From Klebsormidium nitens (Eukaryota; Plantae; Klebsormidiophyceae): a stretch of DNA of 64,000 bases. This document shows positions 25,801 to 35,800 of the stretch, piece after piece. How positions within the stretch are numbered: the first letter of the stretch is position 1; each line of letters starts with the position of its first letter. The stretch covers positions 1-64,000 of the forward strand of contig DF237007.1 in assembly GCA_000708835.1 (NCBI GenBank). Reading direction: 5' to 3'. The notes beneath the pieces were generated by a model. The model was not told the origin of the DNA, searched no databases, and saw only the letters and a program-made list of their open reading frames with translations. Both the position numbers and the translations under genes were made by a program.

Positions 25801-28800
25801 AATTCCTCTTCTAAAACTGATCATTGTTACTATTGGACCAATGAACTACCGAACACTACTGAAAGGGTGCGTAAGTCCTTTGTGTTTTCATCTCAGAAGA
25901 ACACCTCCACTGAGGCTTCAATATCCGGATGTCTTCAATCGCTGGCCCCCTTGAAACACTGCAAAATTGAATAACGACGCCCTTTGAAACGGAAGAACGA
26001 CAAAACAATCATACTCGGCCCACCTTGAGCGTCTTGATGAGGTCCAGGTTGTTGTGCGTGATGTCGATGTAGTAGTTCTTGATCTCCGCGAACGCCTTTT
26101 CGTGCTTCTTCATCAGCTCGTTGATGTGCACGTTCTTGCGCTCCTCAATTTCGTGAATCTCCTGCTTGCGCTTCAGATCCAAGTCCTCGCGCAGAATCTT
26201 GATCTGCGGGGCAGGAAAAGTGCGCGGGTGAGCTCTCGCTCGCGTGCCTTCGGCTTCACGTATCAAGACCCGGAGGCAGGATCGCGCTTAACAAGCCGTT
26301 TGACTTCTGATCTCTCTATACTTCAGGTTCTGCTTGAGCTTCTTTCTCAGTGTGTGATTCCATTGCCAATCTTCTGCCCGTTTGCTTTTTGTTGTGGTCT
26401 CTTGTGAGCAAGTTTCTCGGCCGTTTCTTTTCTCCTTGATCGGCTCCCTTTGTCAGTTTGCAAAGCTCCCACCAAGACAGAAGCGTTGACACCACCTTTG
26501 CGAACTGCCTCAACCCAATGTGTCTGGATGTTTCTGCAAGCGACCATAAGAAAGCAAGCTTCCGCTCCCACCGTCATCTTCCCTTATAACAGAATGGCGG
26601 ACCGAGATTCACCGCTCGTTTGATACACAAACTCTAGATGGAGGCCCAAATGGTCATTTCGCCACGTTCCGAGCCCACCTTCTTCTCGCGTTTTCGTTGC
26701 AGCTGCCAGGCGCTCGTCTCAAGCTCCTTTGGCAAACGCATAAAACCCGGAGTTCATTCTTCCGTATCGGGACTCATAGACCTTGGCTCGGCCCAGAGGA
26801 ACGTACACACTGAAAATTCAAATTGGTTTTTTGCTCACCTTCTTCTCGTACTTTTGCTGCAGCTCCTTGGCGCTCGTCTCGAACTCCTGCCGCAGCTTGG
26901 TCGTCTCCTTGGCGTGCTCCAGCTTCAGCTGCCGCACAATGTCCTCGTGCGACAGCTCCGCCTCCTTCATCTCCTGCTTCAGCGCGCGCGCGTCGTGCCT
27001 GCACGGGATCAGGTTTTAAGGTATCAACAGACTCAAAAGAACATCGATTGAAGGGTTTTATTGTGTAGGGTGCGCCGTAGGATTCAGAACCAGGTCGTGC
27101 GTGTCGGAAAGTTCGTCTCATTTTGGAAGAGCCCCGATTGTGTTTTTGAACGGCTCGTCTCATTCCCTCCGTTTCCTGCTTCAGAGCCCGCGCGTCCTGC
27201 GTGCACGGTTGCGGGTGCGCTGGGGCTTCGGATCGTAGTTGTGAGTCACGAAAAGCTCATACACCGTACTCGTCTTGGAGAGCCGAAACTTCTTCTTTGA
27301 GACGCTTCGTTCACTCATCTCGCAGGCGTCTTGTTTGCAATGTGTAAGCGCACGGTGCGCTTCAAATCTCCGTCGTTCGTGACGAAAAGCTCGTAATGGA
27401 CTCAAAGCACTTGGACGGTGTATTTCAACTGGCTTTTTCAAGTACTCGCTCGTTCAACCAGCCAGCGGTCTGATGTGCGCATATTCTATCTGAAAGAGCT
27501 CAGACGGTGTCTTTGACTGGGTGTTCCACGAAGTGCTTGTCAGCCGCCCAACGGTCCCCTCTGCGCATCTCTTACGGGAACAAGTCATCAAGCCCCTGGT
27601 ATTTAGGAGCCCTTTGAGGATCGTTCACGCGCCCTGCTTTGAAGCGGTTGCCTCCTGCGCGAAGTGGCCCAGTCTGTTCGAAAGAGTTGCCCTTCCTTGG
27701 TTTCTTATATCTATGTGACATGTGGGCTTCAGAATCTTGCAGAAAAATCACCACTTTTTGGTGCTGTGTCGTTCACGCCTTGAGGCCGACGTCTTCTACC
27801 CACCGGCCACAATAAGCTTAAAAAGGTCACAGCATATCCAAGCATCCAGAACACCGAATACTCATGCATGCAAGACATGTCTACTTACATCAGATCGTTC
27901 TCCCGTTTCTGCGCCGCATCCCCCGCCAGCTTCAGCGCCGCCTCGCCGTCGGCCTTGAGGCCCGCCACGTTGTTCTGGTGCTCGTATAGCAAATGCTTCA
28001 CCTTCTGCTTATACACCTTGATCTCTACCGCATGCCGCTCCTCCATTTCTTCCATCTCGCGGTCCTTGTTGCGCAGCTCCGCGCGCCGATCTTCCAGCTC
28101 CTTCTTCGAGATCTCCCAAAAGGACGCAATCTTGTCCTGCAAAACGAAAAGGGAAAATGCACAAGATCTTGAAACTTTCGAGCCCTCAAATCGGTTTGTA
28201 GTATGCTTGTCCTCCAGCTCCTTCTTGAAGATCTCCCAAAAGGACGCAATCTTGTTCTGCATATTGAGAAGGAAAAATGCACAAAAGTTCAGAACGCCCA
28301 GCTCTGAAATAGGTGCCTCTTCGTTCTGAGCAGTTCGTTTGATTGAGGTAATTTGTGAGTGTCTTCGAAAGCACAAGACTAGGCCAAGATGAATTTGTGA
28401 TCTGTAAGTGGTTTCACCTCCTTTACTTTCTTCTCTCAGGACCGCTCTTTGGCGCTCATCTTAGGTCTGGTTTGACGTCTCCTACTCTCGTATTGAAAAG
28501 GAGAAAGAATAGACGATCAGGCAATTGCGCTACAGCGGATGGCCTCGATCCTTCGTTCAAGAGGCATAGGGCTGATCACAATCTGTGGTACTTTGTTGCA
28601 CGGCAATTAAAGTGCCGTCGGGGTATCGTCCCACTCAAACGGGGGATGCTTCCACGGAAAGTACTTTTGACCGCGTGAATTCGCTGAATGCTCCAGCTAG
28701 AGCTGAGCTAGCAAATGTTGTGGATGGTTGCATGAGCTCTTGAGGTCGCACGATCAGTTCCTTTGCTCATCATGATCACAGGATCTGACAGTCTGTTTTG

Positions 28801-29324
28801 TCCTTGACGAGTCGGCTAAGATGCTTGCTGAGATCTGATGAAAAGTAGCTCTGATCTGCCCGACTTAAAAAGGTGCAGGCCGAATTCAAGGGTCTGATCT
28901 GTTGAGCTCACAATGCCGCTACTCGCTCCAGAAAGTCACGAGCTACTCATTTATTCCAGCTTAAGTGCTTTGATAAGCTGAGCAAAAACATGCCGCAATG
29001 GCTTGCGTAATGCTGACATATCTTGCATTCACTCCGCCTAAGCAATGCTGACGTGACCGAATTACAACATGCCCGAACGCTAGATTCGTTTGCAACATCC
29101 AGCAAAGCAAGAGCGCGACTTACGCGTTCAAGCTGCATGTAGTTTCGGTACTCCTCCTCTTTGTTCTTCTCCAACTCGAGCGCTGAGATCCGATTGAGAA
29201 GCTCCTCAACCGACGCCCCAGCTGCTTCCGAGTTGGGGTCCTTGTTCTCTTCCAGGCCCTCCTCCTTCTTGCCCTTCTTTTTGCCTCCATCCTTCTTGGG
29301 AGAGGAAGGCTTTTTGGGCGGCAT
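22847..29324 (-). CDS. GAS8: Growth arrest-specific protein 8 / dynein regulatory complex subunit 4 (DRC4, PF2), 9 exons
   Basis: Exons 29324-29124, 28136-~27888, 26998-26839, 26203-26024, 25449-25300, 24890-24786, 24410-24306, 23672-23502, ~22978-22847. Diagnostic segments: [91 protein letters not shown]. Confidence 0.95.
24136..24335 (-). repeat. Duplicated GAS8 exon-7 end and donor (38/39 identical, offset 161 bp)
   Basis: ggccctcacctggaccttct(c/t)ttctagcagcagcgcctt at 24136-24174 and 24297-24335. Confidence 0.9.
25389..25647 (-). repeat. Duplicated GAS8 exon-5 acceptor and exon start (offset 190 bp)
   Basis: 25582-25647 vs 25389-25457; the copy reads ctgcag|[14 protein letters not shown] versus the real [17 protein letters not shown]. 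Confidence 0.85.
26671..27208 (-). repeat. Decayed copies of both ends of GAS8 exon 3 (donor copy 26671-26728, acceptor copy 27151-27208)
   Basis: The donor copy [16 protein letters not shown]|gtgggc matches [16 protein letters not shown]|gtgagc (offset 160). The acceptor copy ccgtgcaC-gcaggacgcgcgggctctgaagcagga matches ccgtgcaG|gcacgacgcgcgcgcgctgaagcagga (offset 202). Confidence 0.8.
28091..28289 (-). repeat. Duplicated GAS8 exon-2 acceptor and exon start (offset 120 bp, in frame)
   Basis: 28211-28289 vs 28091-28169, about 85% identical by manual count; ORF 27885-28376 reads [17 protein letters not shown]...[17 protein letters not shown]. Confidence 0.9.
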
Positions 29325-30498
29325 CTTGCCTCAAAGTAAAACACTTTACTCAGAATCTATGGCAGCCTCTCCAAAAGGGTCTATATATGATGGGTTGTCG
29401 CAAAGTGCTGCTTTCGAAAGTGGTCTCTACTTTCGTTTGTGACACTACATACCTGACTAGGGAGCAATCATTCAATCCTGTGAGAAAGATTGCTGCTGAG
29501 GAGGAATACAAGGGCTGTCTTAGTATGCTGACACGAAGCCCACAAGGTTTTGCACCGCCAGCCTCCTAGCTATCAGCCCCTGGGAAGTCCCGTCAATGTG
29601 CACCCAAAAGAAGGCAGTCGCTTAGGGACCCGTGCATTTTGGACCATAAAATCCGGTGTATCCGTATCGACTCAACCAGTCCAGCATTCTCAGAACAAAG
29701 TCTACCTATACTGTAATTCAGAATTCAAGAATGTCAGAATGCTTCCTCATGAGATTGCCGGCAAGTCCAGCACCTGCGCATTTGATCATGGTCAGAGGAA
29801 CTTGCTACTGGCGTAAGAAAATTTCTAGCTGAAGTTCCAAGTGAAGCTTCAGCCATTCAGCCGACATGACCATGGTTGGATGTCAAAAGGATCACAAGAT
29901 GGAAGGCACACAACATGTGTCCTACGAAAGCTTGCGAAAAACTGCTTCTTGATTTACTGCTCCAATGTGGCGCTCATCGGACGGCAGGCTGATCCTTTCC
30001 AAATCATCGAACGGCGTCGCGGTGTTGTCCGCATGGGTATATTCGGACTGAATGTCTGCCTAGTCTATACATAATACAGGCCCCCCATGCAGTGAGTCTG
30101 CCGCCCCATGGCCGCCAAAGATTTGAGACGCAAGCAATCAGCCTTATTGACTTTCTCATTTGGTGAATTGCGTGCAGACCCTTGCAAGCTCTGTCACAAT
30201 CATATATCCTTGCACATCAGTCTGCTGCGGCCCCCTGCCGTCAGCTTGCTTCCACTAGCGAGACCAATAGTTTCTCTCACGTGAGATGCACAGACCGGTC
30301 GCAATGCCGACGTGATTCGTTTTGGTTGAATCAAGCTCTAGAGATGCTGCTGGAATAGATGAGTCTGTCCTCCCACGAGAATAGCTGTCAGAAGCTGAAA
30401 AGGAAGTCAAGACTGCAACTCAGCAAACGTCACAAAATCAGAGTGGCGAGGAAGTCTGAATATATAAAGAGAACAGCTCAATCCAACCAGCTATACCA
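29325..30498. promoter_or_regulatory. Divergent intergenic region between two ciliary genes (GAS8 and TMEM218-like)
   Basis: About 1.17 kb between start codons on opposite strands; the regulatory role is inferred from position only. Confidence 0.4.
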
Positions 30499-31779
30499 AT
30501 GGACTTTCTCGGTGTTGGCAGGGCTGCTGGGCGTTCCCTTCTGCAGACATCGTCAGCTGTTGTTAGCTCCCAGACAAGCAGTGCAAGAGTAGCAGGCATG
30601 GGGGTAGGAGTCCTGGTCATAGCAGCGTTTGTTGTGCTGGCGTTTGCAATGTGGTTCATTGGAGAAAGGCTAGAGATGGGAGGGTGAGGCTGTGACCCTC
30701 GTCTTCCAACTTCTTTTGCAAATCTTGCTATCCGAGGCAAGTTCAGTAGCTGCTACAGGAAAATATTTTGAAAACCTAGGGCCAAGTTTTGATGGTGGTG
30801 GTGGTGGTCATTGTTGAAACGAGCTACTTTTGAGCCTCCACTCGGATTCCGAAGAATCATTAACGCCAACTCTGAAAGTGCAAATAATGCCATTGGCTGG
30901 CAGTTTTCGGTGTACCAGCACACGACACCTTTGTAATCGCACCTCTGAGGTGCAGACCCCACTCATTTTAATCGCTAAAAAGTGGACAAACTTCTACTGA
31001 ATAAAGTCTATCCACTCCTCTTAGCTAGAATCGTTGAGCAGTCCCTCAGACAGTACCTTTGCTGCACCAGGGGTGGGCCAGGATCAGCCACTTTTTGCAA
31101 AGCTGCTAAGGAGAAACATGTCACCTTGAGTCTTTGCCAGTTGACCTCTGCCTCCTCCCATTTCAGGCAAGGGTGCGCGGCAGGGCTTCTGCTCTTGGTC
31201 GTTGTGGTGATCATCTTAGCAGTGGCACCCAAAAAGTCGTCGAGGCACACCAACAGCGACGAGATCAAGGTAAGTTTGAAACTCTGCTTGGAAGTTGTCC
31301 AGAGGTTGGAAACTTATGCAGCTTCCAAACCATCTTTTGTAGACTGTCTAAAGCGATTTATTCTGGACAGCTATCACAGTTGGTCAAGCCCCTGAAGTCT
31401 GCCGAGACATCTGAAGTTTCAGACCGTCGAGACATTATCAGCACACGTCATTCACAAAGAAAGTGCATTTTACGCCCCAGATACCTGGGCAACAACGGCC
31501 TGAACGGGGGAAGTTTAGCAGACTCGATGTCAGACTCTTTCATTGATTTTTCAAATGAAAATGAAGGATATAATGGAAGCGCAGGCAAGCTAGCGCGTCA
31601 CCCCAATCCTCGCATGCCTGCAGGGACACGACGAGACGATCGTCCAGCGGGCCTTTTTGATGATCGCGATGGTACTTGGCGTCCTGGGCTCTTTGTTAGG
31701 GCTGATCGTGCATCACGTCCAGCAACCAAAGTACTCCAGACCGTTGAGCATGCGGCAAGATATCCTCCGTCAACGATAG
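30499..31779 (+). CDS. TMEM218: TMEM218-like ciliary transition-zone membrane protein, 3 exons, 147 aa, 3 predicted TM segments
   Basis: Exons 30499-30683, 31167-31269 and 31624-31779 join in phase (444 nt). VAGMGVGVLVIAAFVVLA, VIILAVAPK and LIVHHVQQPKYSRPL parallel the TMEM218 segments VLGVGAGVFILALL, VLLLFPR and LIHYVLEPIYAKPL as I recall them. Confidence 0.65.
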
Positions 31780-32836
31780 CGGGCGACAAGAAAGTCTGGA
31801 AGCTCTCAGGTCGGTCATGGTTTAAGTGTATAGGGGTTTGTCAATCGTTTACTATGTCCTCTCTTCTTACGGAGCTAGTGTCGGCCCAACCAAGGCTTAT
31901 TGATAATTGTCGATTCAAGTCGCAAACATCTCGATGAGTCTACGGTCAACCGTTGCAACCATGGTGCTTCTGCTAAGATTGCCGGAGAATACCGGGAGTA
32001 AATTCGGTCAACATCCTGGTGCACGGTGCCGCTTATTGTACTGCAGCACGCATGTGCTTTGTAGGTACTGAGTGCCACCTCTGCGTACACGCACGCTCTG
32101 TATGTAGCGCGAGCTATATAGCAGGCTTGTGTAGTCGGTTATGAATAATGATGAATCATTGCGTGATGCAACCAGCACATGCAGAGACGATGGCCAGCTG
32201 TCGCTAGGATCGAGACACTCGAAATGCAGTGTCAGGCTGAGGCAACTGATCATGCATGTGACCTACCTATGTACCAAGAATTCGTAAGTATCAGCGCACA
32301 TATCACGGCTTGGAATCATGATCAGACGAATCAACTGCAGACCCAATCATGCCCATGCATAGCCTAGAAGTGCTCGGAGAAGAAGCTGGCACGCCACCGG
32401 GCATGCATGCCCAGATCGCACTAATAAATGTCAGCACCAATAAGCTGCAAATCTTGATGTCTATCATCGCCAAAAGATGGCTGATGGGTTTTACTCTGGG
32501 ATTGGCCATAAAGACTGGCCGGAAAGCCAAGCTCTGCAGTATGATTCTGCAACAGTATGTTTCTGCGTCTACCCAATGAGGGGGCAATCTTTGAACGACA
32601 AACGACAGTCAGTGACTCAGCAGGACACTGTCTGCGTCAAACAGGTATACAGGAACTTTATCGGGACTGCCACGTAGCCTGACAAGGCAGAAATGTTTGA
32701 GGGTTGTGGTGAAACGACGTAGTGATGAGCGCAAACGCTATGGAGACTTTTCCTCTCTTGCTTCATTATGCATCCTTAGAGACACCGTGCAATCGTGTGC
32801 TCGACTTTATCGCAAGACTGAAGTGCCTTCTCGGTT

Positions 32837-35800
32837 TTACATCCGTGACTCGTCAAGGCTCGGGCGCCTTGTCAAAGCTGCTCGCAGGAGGCTGGCCGCT
32901 GAAGTGCCGTAGTCCACCTGCACAGACGTCAGACTCTAGTCAGCCCCTCCCAGCTGTAAATCGAATTAGAAAAATGTCCCATTGCTTCCCAGCGAACCGG
33001 GCAGCTGAGGAATGGACCTTATGTGATACTTTCAATGTGAGCAGCTTCTCCTGCCGGTGGGTTCGTTCTAACTTCGAACGAATTAAGTTGCCCCCACAAA
33101 TGCTTTGCAACCACACCCACCCGCGCAAAGCTCCCGCTGCTCTCGTTATCCTGCCTGCTTGAGATCGCCGGCCGCGCCTCCGCCCGATCAGCCGTTACCG
33201 CTTCCAGGCACCGTTGCCACCCCGTTGGCACCGCATCCGTCGTCCTGCCCCCCGGGTGAGCATTCACCCACGGACAAAAGTGCCGGTGCTGCCGCAGGGG
33301 GTCAAATTCAGCAGGGTGCGTCAGCCCCCCAGGAGAAGCAACCAGGGACGGCAGGCGGAGAGACGGGCCTGGGGGGGTCGGCACATGCGGCTCCACAAAA
33401 ACAGGGGGTGCAATGTCCTGGGGGGCCATCCCCCCCTCTGCGTCAGCGAGTTCCTCCTCGTCCCCTCCCCGGACTTCGGCCTCTGCGGTGCCGTTTGTAA
33501 ACGTCCTTCCACCCCCCCCGGCCGTGCGAGGCGTGTCATTATCCAGTGCAAACCCCCGGCTCTCTTTCTTGCTCCCCTCTGACCCGCTGCTCATGTTCCC
33601 CCCCACAATGAGCCCCCTCACCGGGGTGTGAATAATCGACTGCTCCAGCTGCGGCTCCTGTGGGCCCCTCCCCCGGGGCGTGTTCACACCGCTCCAGGGC
33701 CGCGCCACGCCCACCGCCGTCGCTTCCTCTGTGTCATACCCCGCCTCTCCGGCAAAGCTATGAGCAACCCCCGGACCAATCGAGCCTAGTCTTCCGTACC
33801 CGGCCCTCGTACTTCCCCCTAGACTCGGTTCCAAACTGGGCGGTGCATCCTTTCCTGTTGAACCCCCCGCACCAAGCCCCTCGCTTCCCATCGCGCCCCT
33901 TTCTTCACTTTCCCCCTCCCCCATTCCCGCACTAATCGCAACCCCCGGCCCCGTGCTCACCACCCCTTCCTCTGGCAATGCCCCGAAACCCTGGAACCCA
34001 AACCCGGGGTCAGCGTTCAGAAACCCGTTCCCAAACCCGAACCTCCCGACCTGGTCGCTCGCGCTGCGCGCCGGCTGGGGGGCCGCGATTTGCTGCATTT
34101 CCTGCCCCCCGCCAGGGGAGACGTCCAAATTCAAAATCGGGGGGGGTTGGGTTGTCGCTTCGTCGTCGTTGGGTGCGCGCTCGTCTTCCTCTCGGACCGC
34201 TTCTTGGCTGTCCGCGCGCGGCATGTTGCGGACGCTCTCGGTGCTCGTTTCCGGTTGCTCGTCGTGGTTGGTTGCGGTCGCGTTCACAGACGAGGTGCGA
34301 GGGAAGTCGCCCTCGCCGGGACTGCCCTCCGCAGCCAAGCGGCCCACCTGCAGCGGCAAAAGATTGTGTGTCCACAAACAGCAATTGCATTACGTTTGGG
34401 ATACGTTCCATGAGTCAGGAGTCTCCCCAGACTGCCTCGACGACAAAGTGGCCCTATGTATGTGATGACATGAAAGATGAGAGTTTCGCGAAGAACAAAA
34501 AGTCAAAGGAATCAGAGAACCAGACAAGCGCCAACTTTTGTCGACAGATTCCAAGCCCTCCTCACGCAGCACTTGAAACTGACAGGCAGGTCTGTGACCA
34601 GCCCCGACCCTCAGTCTATCTTTCAGCACATTATGAGTAGTCGAACCACACGGGTTTACTCTTCCGAGATCCCACCTGCCCCCCCCTCCACGGCCCGTCA
34701 GCGATGCGCCGTCTCTTGGCGGCCCGAGGCGCCCCCATGACCTCCTCGACTTCCTCGACCACCGCCGCTGACGTCCCACCTGCGCTGTCCATGACGTCAA
34801 CGGACGGCTCGCCCTCCACTTCACGACTGGCGGGGCGCCGGTACCGGGTGTCCACCGAACCTGGGCAGGACAACGTGAGAGCTGCTGAGATCGACGTTTT
34901 TGCACGGCACCGGGGCCGATCAGATCAAGCTGCTGAAAACGAACAGATGCTGCCGCACCTGAGTAAGTCGTCAGTCATGTGGCGCTTGTCGGACCAGATT
35001 GCCAGCAGTTTCGGCGATTGCTGGACCGACGAGTCAGCCGCACAGACGAAGGTCTCAGAATCCACCACGGTGATCTGAACTGACAAAGGTTGGTGGACTC
35101 GGCATACGCATTTGCAACCCGCGTTTTTATCCTCCCATCCGAGCCTTACGCGCAGCTTTCAGAGAGAAGACCTCCTGACTTGAAAAGAAAGGGAGAGCAA
35201 AATACGTGTGAGACCCCAACTCACCCGCACGGTCACCCGCCATTCCCGACACCGACGCCTCCCTTGCCGCCCGGTCGTCTGGCGCCCCCCGCGCCTCCAC
35301 TGACCCCCCAGCGTCCACATTCACACTCTCCACCCCCGCAGTCTCCTGAGGCCTCGCCTCCCGATCCGCGGGCCTCGAGAACCGGGAACTCCCCCTGACC
35401 ATCAGATGCGCGGGAATCGCCGGCCGGCCCCCCCCTTCTACCTCCATCTCATCGTCCCCCCCGTCGTTTTCCAAAACCATGCCTTCGGCGCTGTCTGCGG
35501 GTTTGCGCTTGAGCGTGCGGTTATGGGGGGTGGTCACCGTGCTGCCCCCCGCAATCTGGGGGCTGAAGTGAGACAATTTCCCGTCGTGGCTTATCCCCTG
35601 GCTGAACCCTTGCGCAGTGTTCTGCCGGCTGTCTGGAGTGATTGCCGCAGGGGGGGGCGCGGGAGCCCCCCGGGACTCGAAGCTCGCCGCCTGAACGGGG
35701 GGGTCCTTTGCCAGGCCAAAGATTGGGGCCTGGAGAATGGCCCCCGGCCCAAACACTGGAATCGCAAGCTCGCCGACAGCGGTGGGGGGAGGTCCTCCGG

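Noticed and set aside
30790-30812. His-run ORF (HHHHH) from (GGT)n
   Set aside because: Microsatellite within TMEM218-like intron 1
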